Below, in pieces: positions 1-9,963 of a stretch of 64,000 nucleotides of DNA (position 1 is its first letter; every line of letters begins with the position of its first letter). The stretch is taken from the NCBI GenBank assembly GCA_964543385.1, contig CAZIYE010000001.1:127143-191142 (forward strand), written 5' to 3'. Position numbers and translations under genes: made by a program. This DNA comes from an uncultured Candidatus Saccharibacteria bacterium. GTDB lineage: Bacteria > Patescibacteriota > UBA1384 > XYA2-FULL-43-10 > 1-14-0-10-43-13. Below the pieces are notes generated by a model that saw nothing but the letters and a program-made list of their open reading frames with translations, searched no databases and was not told where the DNA came from.

Positions 1-2155
1 AGATACCAACCTTGCTCAGAATGAAATTGTAAAACTACTGGCAAGTCGAGATAAAAATATCACCGTAGTTGGAGATGATGACCAATCCATTTACCGTTTC
101 AGAGGCGCATCCATTTCCAACATTATGGATTTCGTAGATTATTATTCTGATGCAAAACAAGTAGTCCTAAATAATAATTACCGATCTACACAGGAAATCC
201 TGGATTCTTCATACAAATTAATCAGCCACAATAATCCAGATCGGTTAGAAATACAAAACAATATTAATAAGAGGCTAATTTCGCCCAAGCACGGTAGCAA
301 TCCAGAATTATTATTCTGCGATAATCTTAGTTGCGAAGCAGATAAAGTTGTCGAAAAAATTAAAGGACTAAAAGAAAAACATAATTTTAAGAATAATGAT
401 TTTGCATTACTCGTAAGAGCTAACAGCCAAGCCGAACCTTTCCTGCAGTCACTAAATATTGCCGGCATTCCATATATTTTCTCCGGTACCTCCGGTTTAT
501 TCTCACAAACAGAGATCAAAATGCTCGTGGCATTCCTAAAATCTCTTGTTTATACAGACGACTCATTAGCCCTATACCAACTCGCAACTTCAGAGATTTA
601 CTCCATATCTCATGAGACTTTAGCTGAATATTATACTAAAGCAAAAAGATACAACCGCTCGCTAAAAACTATCCTAGAACAATCAGAGAGACAATCTCTT
701 TTTAATGATGACATAAATGAGAATGGTAAATTAAAAGAATTAATCCTTGATATTCAGTCATATTCCGAAAAGAAAAATGATCCCTGCGGTGAAGTCCTTT
801 ATGATTATCTAAAAGAAAAAAAGTATCTAAAAAAACTGATAGAACAAACGTCGGTTGAAAATGAATTAAAGATTTACAATATTGCGAAATTTTTTGACAG
901 GATTGCCCAATTCAATCACTCTAGCGACGACAAAGGAGTACACGCTTTCTTGAATAATCTAGAGCTAATTCTAGAAGTAGGGGATGAAGTTATCACCTCC
1001 GACATCGACCCAGATATTGATGCTATTAATATTTTGACGGCTCATGCCTCAAAAGGATTAGAGTGGCCAGTCGTTTTTATAGTGAATTGTGTTTCAGATA
1101 AATTTCCCGGAAGAAATAGGAGAGATCCGTTACCTATTCCACAAGAGCTCATTAAGGAAAGACTCCCTGAGGGGGACTTTCATCTGCAAGAGGAGCGAAG
1201 ATTGTTCTATGTCGCTGCCACTCGTGCCAAGAACTATCTCTTTTTGACCTCAGCAGAGGATTATGGAGGTAAGCGTACGAAAAAGCTATCTCAGTTCGTC
1301 CTAGAGCTCCTGGACCAGCCAGATACCGATAAACTAAAGCACAAACTCTCCCCGTTAGAAAAGATTGAACGGTTTAAAAAACTTGAGCTTAAAAAGGCCA
1401 AACTCCCAAATAAATTTACCGCCGATATTATCAGACTCTCACGCCAGCAAATTGATGATTATTTTTCATGTCCAAAAAAGTTTTACTTTGCTCATGTAAT
1501 AAAGATACCGCTCTTAGAAAACCACTATCTTATGTACGGCACAGCGATTCATGCAGCTCTTGATCATTATTTTTCAAGAAAAATAAATGGCGCAACTCCA
1601 ACTTTTGATCAATTAGTAGCTGATTACAATCAAGCTTTTCATAGTATTGGCTTTATTACTCGTGATCAGGAAGAGCTTCGTCATAAGCAAGGGATAATTA
1701 CACTGACCCGGTTCTACGATGAAGACCAGAATAATCCGACCATGCCGACCAAAGTTGAAGATGCTTTCGAATTTTATGAAAATAAAGTTCGAGTAAATGG
1801 CCGTTATGACTTGGTCTGTGGAGAAGGGGATACAACCGAAATAAGAGACTTCAAAACCTCAGACGTTAAAGAACAAAAAGATGCCGATCGAAGAATAAAA
1901 GATTCAACTCAGATGATGATCTATGCTCTTGCTTGGTATGAAAAATATAAAATAATTCCAAAAACGTCTCTAATTTTTATAGAATCTGGTCTTATGGGCA
2001 GTAAAACATTCAGTCTTAAAGATCTTGATAATACCAAGCAGATGATCTTCGAAGTTGCCGAAGGAATCAGAAAACAAGATATGACTGCCAAACCAGATAG
2101 TTACCAATGCAAACTGTGCCCATACTCAGACATATGCCCAGATAGTAAAGTTTAA
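1..2155 (+). CDS. UvrD/PcrA-type SF1 helicase (5' partial) fused to a C-terminal PD-(D/E)XK nuclease with a Cas4/AddB-like Fe-S Cys cluster
   Basis: The frame is open from nt 2 with no start codon, so the gene begins upstream of the window. Helicase motif III is at the N-terminus (VGDDDQSIYRFRGA). The C-terminus carries RecB-family nuclease motifs (RYDLV, EIRDFK, QMMIYA) and four Cys (CPKKF ... CKLCPYSDIC) typical of AddB/Cas4 iron-sulfur nucleases. Confidence 0.75.
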   Translation, partial: DTNLAQNEIVKLLASRDKNITVVGDDDQSIYRFRGASISNIMDFVDYYSDAKQVVLNNNYRSTQEILDSSYKLISHNNPDRLEIQNNINKRLISPKHGSNPELLFCDNLSCEADKVVEKIKGLKEKHNFKNNDFALLVRANSQAEPFLQSLNIAGIPYIFSGTSGLFSQTEIKMLVAFLKSLVYTDDSLALYQLATSEIYSISHETLAEYYTKAKRYNRSLKTILEQSERQSLFNDDINENGKLKELILDIQSYSEKKNDPCGEVLYDYLKEKKYLKKLIEQTSVENELKIYNIAKFFDRIAQFNHSSDDKGVHAFLNNLELILEVGDEVITSDIDPDIDAINILTAHASKGLEWPVVFIVNCVSDKFPGRNRRDPLPIPQELIKERLPEGDFHLQEERRLFYVAATRAKNYLFLTSAEDYGGKRTKKLSQFVLELLDQPDTDKLKHKLSPLEKIERFKKLELKKAKLPNKFTADIIRLSRQQIDDYFSCPKKFYFAHVIKIPLLENHYLMYGTAIHAALDHYFSRKINGATPTFDQLVADYNQAFHSIGFITRDQEELRHKQGIITLTRFYDEDQNNPTMPTKVEDAFEFYENKVRVNGRYDLVCGEGDTTEIRDFKTSDVKEQKDADRRIKDSTQMMIYALAWYEKYKIIPKTSLIFIESGLMGSKTFSLKDLDNTKQMIFEVAEGIRKQDMTAKPDSYQCKLCPYSDICPDSKV

Positions 2156-2165
2156 AGGGAATAAA

Positions 2166-2756
2166 ATGAAAAAAATATTATTAAATGGCAAAGCCATTGA
2201 TCTCTCAGAAAACGACTTGTCAATGATTATACATGGCAAAGAGGGGAGCGGTGCTTCATTTTTTGCCATTGACGCTGTTGCCAATTTATTCTTGAATGGT
2301 TCAAAAGTTCTCTTTTTTACTGCCTTTCCGGCAGCAAAAGAAGAAATTGAGAATCAGCTTGACGATACTGATCAAGAAAACAATCTCTTTTATCTCGAAG
2401 ATATAACTGAGATTAATGCTGCAAAATCAGCCAATTTAATCATCATAAAAAGCGGTGATACAAGTTTTTTTCATACCGTATTAAAAAAACTCCCGGATAT
2501 TCAAGAAAGAGTAATCTTTATTAAGAATATTGAAACCCTGCTAAATTTAAATCTGCTTAACACTATACCGAAGAATAAGTTGCTGCTTTCTGGAGATCTA
2601 GGTAAATCTCAGATAAAAGAAGATATTGCTAAACTTAGCTTCAAATCAAAAATTCTCTTTTCAAGTTGCCAACTACTGGTAGATAACATGCCTATTTTAG
2701 ATAAATATGAATCATATGCCTGGGGCACAGTCAGAGGAAAATTAACATTGCAATAG
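2166..2756 (+). CDS. hypothetical protein with a degenerate P-loop-like segment (IHGKEGSGAS)
   Basis: ORF starts 10 nt after the helicase-nuclease gene and appears translationally coupled; no confident family match by eye. Confidence 0.4.
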   Translation: MKKILLNGKAIDLSENDLSMIIHGKEGSGASFFAIDAVANLFLNGSKVLFFTAFPAAKEEIENQLDDTDQENNLFYLEDITEINAAKSANLIIIKSGDTSFFHTVLKKLPDIQERVIFIKNIETLLNLNLLNTIPKNKLLLSGDLGKSQIKEDIAKLSFKSKILFSSCQLLVDNMPILDKYESYAWGTVRGKLTLQ

Positions 2757-2774
2757 TTTAAAGCGGTGTAATCA

Positions 2775-2966
2775 ATGGGAAAAATCAACAAGGAGTGGCA
2801 CTTGGCCAACAAAATGCCCAAGAATCCAACCACTAAAGAGAGAATCAATTGGCATATTGAGCATGCCAAACATTGCCAATGTCGGCAAATGCCAGAGAGC
2901 ATTAAACAAATGATCTTCGACGTCGCCGCCGACATCTGCCAGAACAAAAGGTTTAATAAGAAATAA
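2775..2966 (+). CDS. small His/Cys-containing hypothetical protein
   Basis: 63-aa ORF with a WH..KMPKNPT..RI.WH.EH.KHCQCR motif, in the same direction as the neighbouring genes. Confidence 0.3.
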   Translation: MGKINKEWHLANKMPKNPTTKERINWHIEHAKHCQCRQMPESIKQMIFDVAADICQNKRFNKK

Positions 2967-3046
2967 CGACCACTAGTTTTTAATATTATTAAATTGCTAT
3001 CATATTTATAGAAACTGCCCTATCTTGTGAAAAGGAGGATGGGTTT

Positions 3047-3520
3047 ATGCGCACCCCGGATTATCGGCAGTTCAGAGTAGCCAGCCGCCTCGAAGGCACG
3101 GCAAGAGAGCAAAAGATAAGAGACATTGCTCTCGCTCTTGTTAACACGGGTAATCTTAACGGCTTCTACGCCGCTTGGGATTCCGGCAACCCTGAGCTAT
3201 GCAGTATTGCATCAGCCGCGATTTGCCTGAACATCCCCGAGATGGTTACCCTCCTCTACGATGAGGAATTCGCCTGTGAAATCGCTTGCATCCTTGCAAA
3301 GCAGGGTCTCACATCATCCGACCCTGCCATCAGAGGTGAGGCGATCCCCGCATTACAATGGATAGCACTTTGTGGTGGCATAAGTTCCATCGCTAAACCG
3401 CTATCCAATCTCGTTGGCCAGTTCAACTCCGATGACTTTGTGCCTGAAGAATTCGAGCAGATACTCGATCTTCATGCAGATATTGCACAAGCCTATGGAC
3501 CATTTGACCAGGCCGCATGA
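3047..3520 (+). CDS. hypothetical protein on a GC-elevated patch
   Basis: 157-aa ORF with an RBS (aaggagg) upstream. Local GC is clearly above the genome background, and the ORF is followed by a perfect 17-bp inverted repeat. Confidence 0.4.
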   Translation: MRTPDYRQFRVASRLEGTAREQKIRDIALALVNTGNLNGFYAAWDSGNPELCSIASAAICLNIPEMVTLLYDEEFACEIACILAKQGLTSSDPAIRGEAIPALQWIALCGGISSIAKPLSNLVGQFNSDDFVPEEFEQILDLHADIAQAYGPFDQAA

Positions 3521-3530
3521 GACCGTTTCC

Positions 3531-3568
3531 GTTGGCGTGGGATCGCAGATTTGCGATCCCACGCCAAC
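3531..3568 (+). repeat. perfect 17-bp inverted repeat (GTTGGCGTGGGATCGCA / TGCGATCCCACGCCAAC) forming a stable hairpin
   Basis: Read directly from the sequence. It lies directly 3' of the GC-rich ORF and has no downstream U-tract, so it is not a canonical intrinsic terminator. Confidence 0.5.
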
Positions 3569-3598
3569 CATACAAATTCATTTATAATTTACACGAAA

Positions 3599-4201
3599 AT
3601 GATTATGACAAAGATAATTTTAGCTTCCGGCTCACAAGCCAGAAAAAATATAATCTCATCACTTAATTTTCCATATATCACGATACCTGCCGATATCGAC
3701 GAAAAAAGTATTCAAGATAGTGATCCTGCCAAAAGAGCAGAGATGATCGCTATTGCTAAAGCGGAAAAGATCTCCAAAGAAGAAAAGGCAATAGTTATTG
3801 CCGCTGATACCTTCTGTGTTCATGAAAGTGGCAAAGTGCTTGAAAAACCAGAGTCATTAAATGAAGCAAAAGAAATGCTTAAACTACAGTCTGATTCAGT
3901 TGATTTTATTTATAGCGGCTTTTGTTACATCGATAGCATCAATAACTTTAGATTCTCAGGAGCTGCTGTCACAAAAGTTTATTTTAGAAAATTTTCCGAA
4001 GAAGAAATTAATAATTGCATAGAAAATATGCCTGTGCTGACTTGGTCTGGTGCATTTTACCCTGGTATTCCTTATGGAGCATCGTTAATCAAAAAAGTTG
4101 AAGGCTCGCTTTCTTCTTTTCTATACGGCTTGCCTACAGAATTGCTTATCCCCCAATTAGAAAAGTCTGGAATTAAATTTTCACCAAAACAAGGATTTTA
4201 A
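3599..4201 (+). CDS. maf: Maf-like nucleoside triphosphate pyrophosphatase
   Basis: N-terminal IILASGSQAR matches the Maf signature (LASxSPRR). The start was moved to the internal ATG at 3599 because the upstream part of the ORF overlaps the hairpin. Confidence 0.65.
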   Translation: MIMTKIILASGSQARKNIISSLNFPYITIPADIDEKSIQDSDPAKRAEMIAIAKAEKISKEEKAIVIAADTFCVHESGKVLEKPESLNEAKEMLKLQSDSVDFIYSGFCYIDSINNFRFSGAAVTKVYFRKFSEEEINNCIENMPVLTWSGAFYPGIPYGASLIKKVEGSLSSFLYGLPTELLIPQLEKSGIKFSPKQGF

Positions 4202-4795
4202 ATGAAATTGATTATTGTAAGACACGGTGAGACAGAGGATAACGCAAAGAAAATAATTCAGGGTCAAAATCCCGGAAAACTATCAGCACTAGGCAAAGAA
4301 CAGGCTAAGAAAGTAGCTAGCAGATTAAAAAACGAAAAGATTGATTTTATTTATTGCAGCGATCTTGGAAGAGCAAAAGAAACGCTTGTTCCCATAGTAG
4401 AAAGCCACCAGAACATACCCACAATATATGAACCCATGCTAAGAGAGCGTAAGTTTGGCGTTTTTGATGGCAAAACAATGAAGGATTACAAACAGGCAAA
4501 AGACGCCGCAAATGATAGGAAATGGCGACCAGAAAATGGCGAGAACTTTTATGATGTTAAAAGAAGGATCAGGAAATTTCTAAAACATTTATTAAAAAAT
4601 CATAGCGGAAATGATACTATATTGATAATTACTCATGGTGGCTGGAAGGGGACATTTTTCAGTCAAATCATGCAAATACCAAGAGAGAAAGCCTTCTTTC
4701 TTCAGTTCGATAATACCTCCGTCTCTAAAATAGAATTACGAGGAGATGGTAAGCACAAATTCGGAGTGATCAATTGTACTAAACACCTAGACTGA
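4202..4795 (+). CDS. histidine phosphatase (phosphoglycerate mutase family)
   Basis: The RHGET catalytic motif is present at the N-terminus (IIVRHGETEDN). The gene abuts the stop codon of maf. Confidence 0.65.
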   Translation: MKLIIVRHGETEDNAKKIIQGQNPGKLSALGKEQAKKVASRLKNEKIDFIYCSDLGRAKETLVPIVESHQNIPTIYEPMLRERKFGVFDGKTMKDYKQAKDAANDRKWRPENGENFYDVKRRIRKFLKHLLKNHSGNDTILIITHGGWKGTFFSQIMQIPREKAFFLQFDNTSVSKIELRGDGKHKFGVINCTKHLD

Positions 4796-4873
4796 GATTT
4801 GCTATTTTGTTCTTTTTTGTTATATTGAGCTCATCTCCAAAAGAGATAAATCCACTCTGCATGAGGTGATGTT

Positions 4874-5683
4874 ATGAAGCCCTGGATTGAAGCTTTGCGG
4901 TTACCCGCTGGCTTGTTCACAGCATTTACTGTATTTGCCAGCTTCAATCTTGCTGGCCTGGACTACAAGCTGGCCATCATGCCAGCAATCGTGACTATTA
5001 CTATATTCTCTGCCACTGTAGCATTGAATGATTGGCACGACCGTCATCGGGATAGTCTGGCAGGAAAAACCTTTGCTTCCGACAAGGGCGAGACGTACGA
5101 ATCGTTCTGTTCTGCCCTCTGTCTACTGGCCGTAGGATCAGTCGCACTAATCCGGGAAATAAACGGTATGCTCTTGAGCATACTTATGATCTTCTTCGGT
5201 TTCACTTACCACAAAACCGAAAAGGTCACTGGATTATCGATGGTAATTGTGGCGATCACCACCGCCATTCCAGCGCTGTTTCCACTAACAGTAGTATTTA
5301 GTCTTGCTTCGATACTAGTTGCAGTATTTATTGTTGTTATTATGAATGTGCGTGAGATCTTCAAGGATTTCAAAGACGTCCCTGTCGACTCTCATCCGAC
5401 ACTAGGGAAAGCAACACTGCCAGTAAAGATTGGTACTGAGAAGTCTATCGTCGTAATAAGGATCGGACTAATAATAGCCTCTGGGCTGCTAAGTGCCCTG
5501 ATCTCATGCGATAGTAATCCACTTACTCATGGATTGCTGACATTCTCAATGATTCTGATGATCGCTATTGTCCTGATGATATATAACGATCAGAAGAACA
5601 TCGAAACAATGCACCTACTCCTCGATATCGCCCTCGGGATCGCCGCCATAGCTACTGGCATCCTTTGGCCGATATTCCACTGA
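4874..5683 (+). CDS. UbiA-family membrane prenyltransferase-like protein
   Basis: Polytopic membrane protein carrying the NDxxDxxxD motif (LNDWHDRHRD). GC is elevated relative to flanking DNA. Confidence 0.5.
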   Translation: MKPWIEALRLPAGLFTAFTVFASFNLAGLDYKLAIMPAIVTITIFSATVALNDWHDRHRDSLAGKTFASDKGETYESFCSALCLLAVGSVALIREINGMLLSILMIFFGFTYHKTEKVTGLSMVIVAITTAIPALFPLTVVFSLASILVAVFIVVIMNVREIFKDFKDVPVDSHPTLGKATLPVKIGTEKSIVVIRIGLIIASGLLSALISCDSNPLTHGLLTFSMILMIAIVLMIYNDQKNIETMHLLLDIALGIAAIATGILWPIFH

Positions 5684-5686
5684 CCC

Positions 5687-5727
5687 AACCCCTCGCGCAG
5701 AGCCTCTCGCCCGAGGGGTTTCTGTTT
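5687..5727 (+). terminator. rho-independent terminator
   Basis: The hairpin AACCCCTCG...CGAGGGGTT is followed by TCTGTTT. Confidence 0.6.
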
Positions 5728-5752
5728 AAGTTGGTTTTGGTATAATTAGTCC

Positions 5753-6226
5753 ATGAATTTAGACCAAAATAAATTTAAAGACTTCTTGTTCAAAGCAAAC
5801 GCAAATGGCTATGCTGCAAATGAAGCACGCATCCTTCCCGAGAGGCCAGGCTTTAAGGAGCTAGAATACAGAGAAGGGGAATGGTATTTTCGTGATTCAT
5901 ACGCTGGACATTTTTGTGCACCAGGGCAAGAAGTTGTCTACTACAAAAATCAACCAATTTGGACCATGTCATATAGCGGTGGCATGAAAACAGAGTACCG
6001 AAATGACGAATATTTTACAGACGAAACCTTCAAATTTCTAAAAGAAACATTACTGGAAATGGACAAGGATAAACCGTTCCGCGGACCATCAAATTACCGT
6101 AGAGAAGAATGGTGGTATATTAGTAAGATAAAGGGTGATATCGATGATTTTATAGGCAACGAAAAAATATACAATAACAATAAGCTTGTTTTCGAGCAAA
6201 ACTTTATCGGCGGAATAATAATATAA
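5753..6226 (+). CDS. hypothetical protein
   Basis: 157-aa ORF in operon orientation. Confidence 0.4.
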   Translation: MNLDQNKFKDFLFKANANGYAANEARILPERPGFKELEYREGEWYFRDSYAGHFCAPGQEVVYYKNQPIWTMSYSGGMKTEYRNDEYFTDETFKFLKETLLEMDKDKPFRGPSNYRREEWWYISKIKGDIDDFIGNEKIYNNNKLVFEQNFIGGIII

Positions 6227-6239
6227 ATAAAGGAAATAT

Positions 6240-6518
6240 ATGGGACAAAATGAAGTTAATATCAAAGCTGACGATCAAACTATCAAGGGAGCTTATTCAA
6301 ACAACCTAATAGTTCAGCACACACCCGAAGAATTTGTCTTGGATTTCCTGAATGTTTTTCCGCCACAAGGAAGTTTAGTTTCACGTATTGTTACTAGCCC
6401 TGGCCATATGAAAAGAATTGTTAAAGTAATCGAAGAAAATTTGAAGCTCTATGAGAAAAATTTCGGACAGATCAAAGAAGCCGATGAACCCAAAAGAAGT
6501 ATTGGTTTTAAAGTCTAA
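6240..6518 (+). CDS. DUF3467-like small protein
   Basis: The pattern NNLIVQHTPEEFVLDF resembles the DUF3467 family. Confidence 0.4.
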   Translation: MGQNEVNIKADDQTIKGAYSNNLIVQHTPEEFVLDFLNVFPPQGSLVSRIVTSPGHMKRIVKVIEENLKLYEKNFGQIKEADEPKRSIGFKV

Positions 6519-6549
6519 AATTTTAAACTATTTTTAAAAAAGGAATCGA

Positions 6550-7236
6550 TTGCCTGGCGAAATCCCTAGTGGTCTTGGAGAAATAATGCCTCCAAAAACT
6601 GAAGTAAATACACTTCGGTCGATTGAAGGCGCAGACACTCAAATACAGCGTACCGATAGGGGACTTGGATCATACGAAGATATCTTTGGCCCACTATATA
6701 AAGAAGTAAAAGATAAAGTTGTATTGGATCTTGGCTCAGGTCCGACCCAGCGTTTTGCACGAGAGCTAGAAGCTTGGTATGAACCAAAAATGGTCGTCAA
6801 TATTGACCCTTTTGCCGAAGAAGAACACGCACGGCATGTTATAAAAGCAAGAGCCGAGAAATTACCATTCCCTGACGAAAGCATCGATTTAATATATTCG
6901 AATAACTCAATTCCCCAATATTTAAGAACAAGAGAAAGTATTATCCACTCACTAAGAGAGGTAATTAGAGTTCTAAAGCCTGATGGAAAAGCCAATCTTT
7001 TTCCTTTAGCTTATATACCTATACCGAGCCAAGAAGGAGAGGAAAGCTATCCTGCGCAGTATGACGATGATCCAGCCTTTTTCGATGAAATTATCAAGAC
7101 TTTGCTAGATGAATATAAAGAAGCAATGCGTATATACATACAAAGGACAGGTATCGAGAGACCATCGTTAATAAATGAGAATCATCAAATTGATGCCAGA
7201 AAACTTTTAATTCAAAAGATGAAAAGCCTTAAATAA
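6550..7236 (+). CDS. class I SAM-dependent methyltransferase
   Basis: Motif I VLDLGSGPT, then LPFPDESIDLI and LKPDG. The ORF as called starts on TTG; an ATG at 6586 with a GGAG RBS is an alternative start. Confidence 0.55.
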   Translation: MPGEIPSGLGEIMPPKTEVNTLRSIEGADTQIQRTDRGLGSYEDIFGPLYKEVKDKVVLDLGSGPTQRFARELEAWYEPKMVVNIDPFAEEEHARHVIKARAEKLPFPDESIDLIYSNNSIPQYLRTRESIIHSLREVIRVLKPDGKANLFPLAYIPIPSQEGEESYPAQYDDDPAFFDEIIKTLLDEYKEAMRIYIQRTGIERPSLINENHQIDARKLLIQKMKSLK

Positions 7237-7260
7237 TTTTTGTCCTGGACTCTTAAACTG

Positions 7261-7289
7261 TTGACAAACAGTGACTTTACGTTTATAAT
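7261..7289 (+). promoter_or_regulatory. sigma70-type promoter with consensus TTGACA, 17-nt spacer and TATAAT
   Basis: Both hexamers are exact consensus matches and lie about 95 nt upstream of the ATG at 7386. The leader contains a hairpin (AAAGCGCCA...TGGCGTTT). Confidence 0.45.
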
Positions 7290-7385
7290 ATCAAGGTTGT
7301 CTAACAAGAGTTCTCTTGTTTGACGCAATAAAAAAGCGCCATGTACTTTTGGCGTTTCATATATCCTACCCAGAGGAGGCATTCA

Positions 7386-7787
7386 ATGCCAACAACAGTC
7401 CCAACACGCACTCCTGTGGTGCCGGCACCAAAGTTAACAACCGAATTTCGGCGGTTAACACGCTGGGAGAGATACTATCGTATGGTATATCTCATCAATC
7501 TCGGCGAATCTATACTTGCTGAGATTAGGAATCCAGTGACCCTAGATCCCGGTGATGACGCCTCGATACTAGCGCTCAGCCTGGAGCATGCAGAAGCAGA
7601 CTACCTAACCGCACTTGCACACAAGCGCATTCTCGTAGCAAAACGACTGCAATGTTTCTTGCATGACCCGCTACCTTCGCACCGAAGAAAGGCCCACTTG
7701 GCCTTACGCACTATCATGTGCATGGACATCCTGCCGTTCGCCATCACTTGGCGCACAGCAATCGCACATGCGAAATGTGCCTCATAA
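7386..7787 (+). CDS. hypothetical protein (GC-rich orphan)
   Basis: ATG at 7386 is preceded by GAGGAGG. GC is about 50%, against about 35% for the background. Confidence 0.35.
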   Translation: MPTTVPTRTPVVPAPKLTTEFRRLTRWERYYRMVYLINLGESILAEIRNPVTLDPGDDASILALSLEHAEADYLTALAHKRILVAKRLQCFLHDPLPSHRRKAHLALRTIMCMDILPFAITWRTAIAHAKCAS

Positions 7788-7846
7788 CCATTTCGCAAGA
7801 TCAGAATTCGACCCACACCAGGGTCGTTTTCTATATATAGAACATT

Positions 7847-9079
7847 TTATTTTGCAGCATTATTTCCGGCCACATAGCCACTAGACCAAGCCCATTGCAG
7901 GTTGAAACCACCAGAATCACCATCGACGTCCAAGACTTCGCCAGCAAAATATAAATTGGACACGATTTTAGATTCAAGAGTCTTGGAATTTATTTCTTTT
8001 AAGCTCACACCACCGGAAGTGACCTGAGCCTCTTTAAGAGGTCTTAATTCCTTTACTGTTAGGGTCATTTCTTTCATATTATCAACAATTTTCGTTCGCT
8101 CTGTTTTGGAGATCTCAGCAGCCTTTTTAGAAGCATCCACTCCGGCATTTCTCAGAATTATCGGTAAGATATTAATAGGAGCAACTCCAATCAAAGAATT
8201 TTTAACCGTTTTGGCCCCACTATTAGAAAATATCATCGCTAATTTTTTATCAAGATCCTCAGCACTCAATTCAGTGAATATATCAATTTTTAATTTTACA
8301 ATCCCATCTTCAAGAAGAGGAGCAATCTTACTTGACTGAGCCATAACTGCAGGACCGGATAATCCAAAATGAGTGAATAAAAGGTCACCAGATTTTTGTG
8401 AAATGATTTTACCACCAACCTCAACCCCAACGTTTGCTTCTAGTTTGATACCAGAAACTTCTTTTGGCCAAGATTCTGTAGTTTCAATAGGGACAAGGGC
8501 AGCATAAATAGGTGATACAATATGACCAAATTTTTTAGCCCAAAAGAAGCCATCGCCAGAAGATCCAAGTTGATATGCCGCACGCCCGCCAGTTGATATT
8601 ATTAGCTTCGAACTCTCAACCATTTGACCATTAGCATCGGTAATTTTCCAAAACCCATCTTTTATAATATTTTTGACTTCAAAACTGGTCAATACAGTAA
8701 TGTTATTATGTCTAATCTCTAAACCGAGTATGTCGACAACACTTGAAGCCTGGTTTGTTCGTGGAAACATCCTTCCATTATTTTCCTCTTTCAAAATAAG
8801 CCCCATGGACTCAAAAAAATCTATTGTAGTATCTTGATCAAATTGTCTCAATACATCAGCAATAAAATATTTGTCAGAACCGCGATAATCGGATTCTGCA
8901 ATATTCCTATTTGTAATATTGCATCTGCCATTACCAGTTGCTAATATTTTCCGGCCAATCTTTTCATTTTTTTCTAAAAGTACAACTTTTTTACCATTTT
9001 TAGCCGCAAAAATAGCCGCCATTATCCCAGCCGGTCCAGCACCAATTATTGCAATGTCAAAATTTTTATTCATATTCAT
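7847..9079 (-). CDS. HI0933-family FAD/NAD(P)-binding flavoprotein (BaiN/aminoacetone oxidase family)
   Basis: N-terminal dinucleotide-binding motif IAIIGAGPAGIMAA ... ATGNGRCNITN. Confidence 0.7.
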   Translation of the reverse strand: MNMNKNFDIAIIGAGPAGIMAAIFAAKNGKKVVLLEKNEKIGRKILATGNGRCNITNRNIAESDYRGSDKYFIADVLRQFDQDTTIDFFESMGLILKEENNGRMFPRTNQASSVVDILGLEIRHNNITVLTSFEVKNIIKDGFWKITDANGQMVESSKLIISTGGRAAYQLGSSGDGFFWAKKFGHIVSPIYAALVPIETTESWPKEVSGIKLEANVGVEVGGKIISQKSGDLLFTHFGLSGPAVMAQSSKIAPLLEDGIVKLKIDIFTELSAEDLDKKLAMIFSNSGAKTVKNSLIGVAPINILPIILRNAGVDASKKAAEISKTERTKIVDNMKEMTLTVKELRPLKEAQVTSGGVSLKEINSKTLESKIVSNLYFAGEVLDVDGDSGGFNLQWAWSSGYVAGNNAAK

Positions 9080-9375
9080 TCTTTACTATACAATATTTTA
9101 TCATTTTTGTGAAGTATACAAAAGAGAAACCTCACCCAGCAAGCTAGGTGAGGCGAAAATTGGCGGGAAGCCATGGAAATCAGACCGTGCGGCTTAACGG
9201 TGAAAAAGCGAGCTTTTACAATAAGCTCATTATTGCTTGTTCACACCGCAAGAGCTTTATGTTGCTAGTATCTGAACATCAGGCTTCCACGCACAATGAT
9301 TTATACCACTAGTACCTACCACTTGTCAAAATAATTGTGGTATTATGGCAACAGAAAAAATAAAGAAGGATAACC

Positions 9376-9963
9376 GTGGAAGATATCAGAAAATTTTGTT
9401 CAGAAATCCAAATGCTAAAAAGATTAGAGCACATTGGTTTTAAACTTGCAGGAGTAGAAGAAAAAGATGTACTTGCTGGCCATATAGTCATCTCTGCTCA
9501 AATTGCTTTTATCATTGCCGAGCTAGAAGGTGCAGACCCCTTTAAAGCTGCTACTATAAATCTATTTCATGACAATCATGAGACTAGAATCGGCGACCAT
9601 AATAAAGTAAGTGCCAGGTACATTGATACCCACAGGGCCGAAACAGAATCGGAAATAGAACAATTTGCTAATCTCCCGAATAGAATAGGAGATCGTATAC
9701 TAAAAATGCTTGAAGAAAAACATACTAGAAATACAAAAGAAGGGATAATTGCTCAAGATGCCGATTGGTTAGAAGTAGCAATTCAGGCAAAGATTTTTGT
9801 AGAACATGGCTATAACGGATGTAGCGATTGGATTGAAAATGTAGAAAAAGCCCTCGAAACAGAATCGGCAAAGAAAATACTTGCCGAGATAAAAACAGAC
9901 CCGGACTTTACTAATTGCTGGTGGCAAGGATTAAAAAAAATGACCTACAACAAACTAAAATAG
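9376..9963 (+). CDS. HD-domain phosphohydrolase (YfbR-like)
   Basis: His...HD...D arrangement (GHIV ... LFHDNHETRIGD). Confidence 0.55.
   Translation: MEDIRKFCSEIQMLKRLEHIGFKLAGVEEKDVLAGHIVISAQIAFIIAELEGADPFKAATINLFHDNHETRIGDHNKVSARYIDTHRAETESEIEQFANLPNRIGDRILKMLEEKHTRNTKEGIIAQDADWLEVAIQAKIFVEHGYNGCSDWIENVEKALETESAKKILAEIKTDPDFTNCWWQGLKKMTYNKLK

Noticed and set aside
8919-9197. 92-aa plus-strand ORF overlapping the start of the flavoprotein gene and its divergent promoter region.
   Set aside because: It is antisense to a real gene start and hydrophobic with low complexity. A CCTCACC...GGTGAGG hairpin is present here, but I could not support an ncRNA call.
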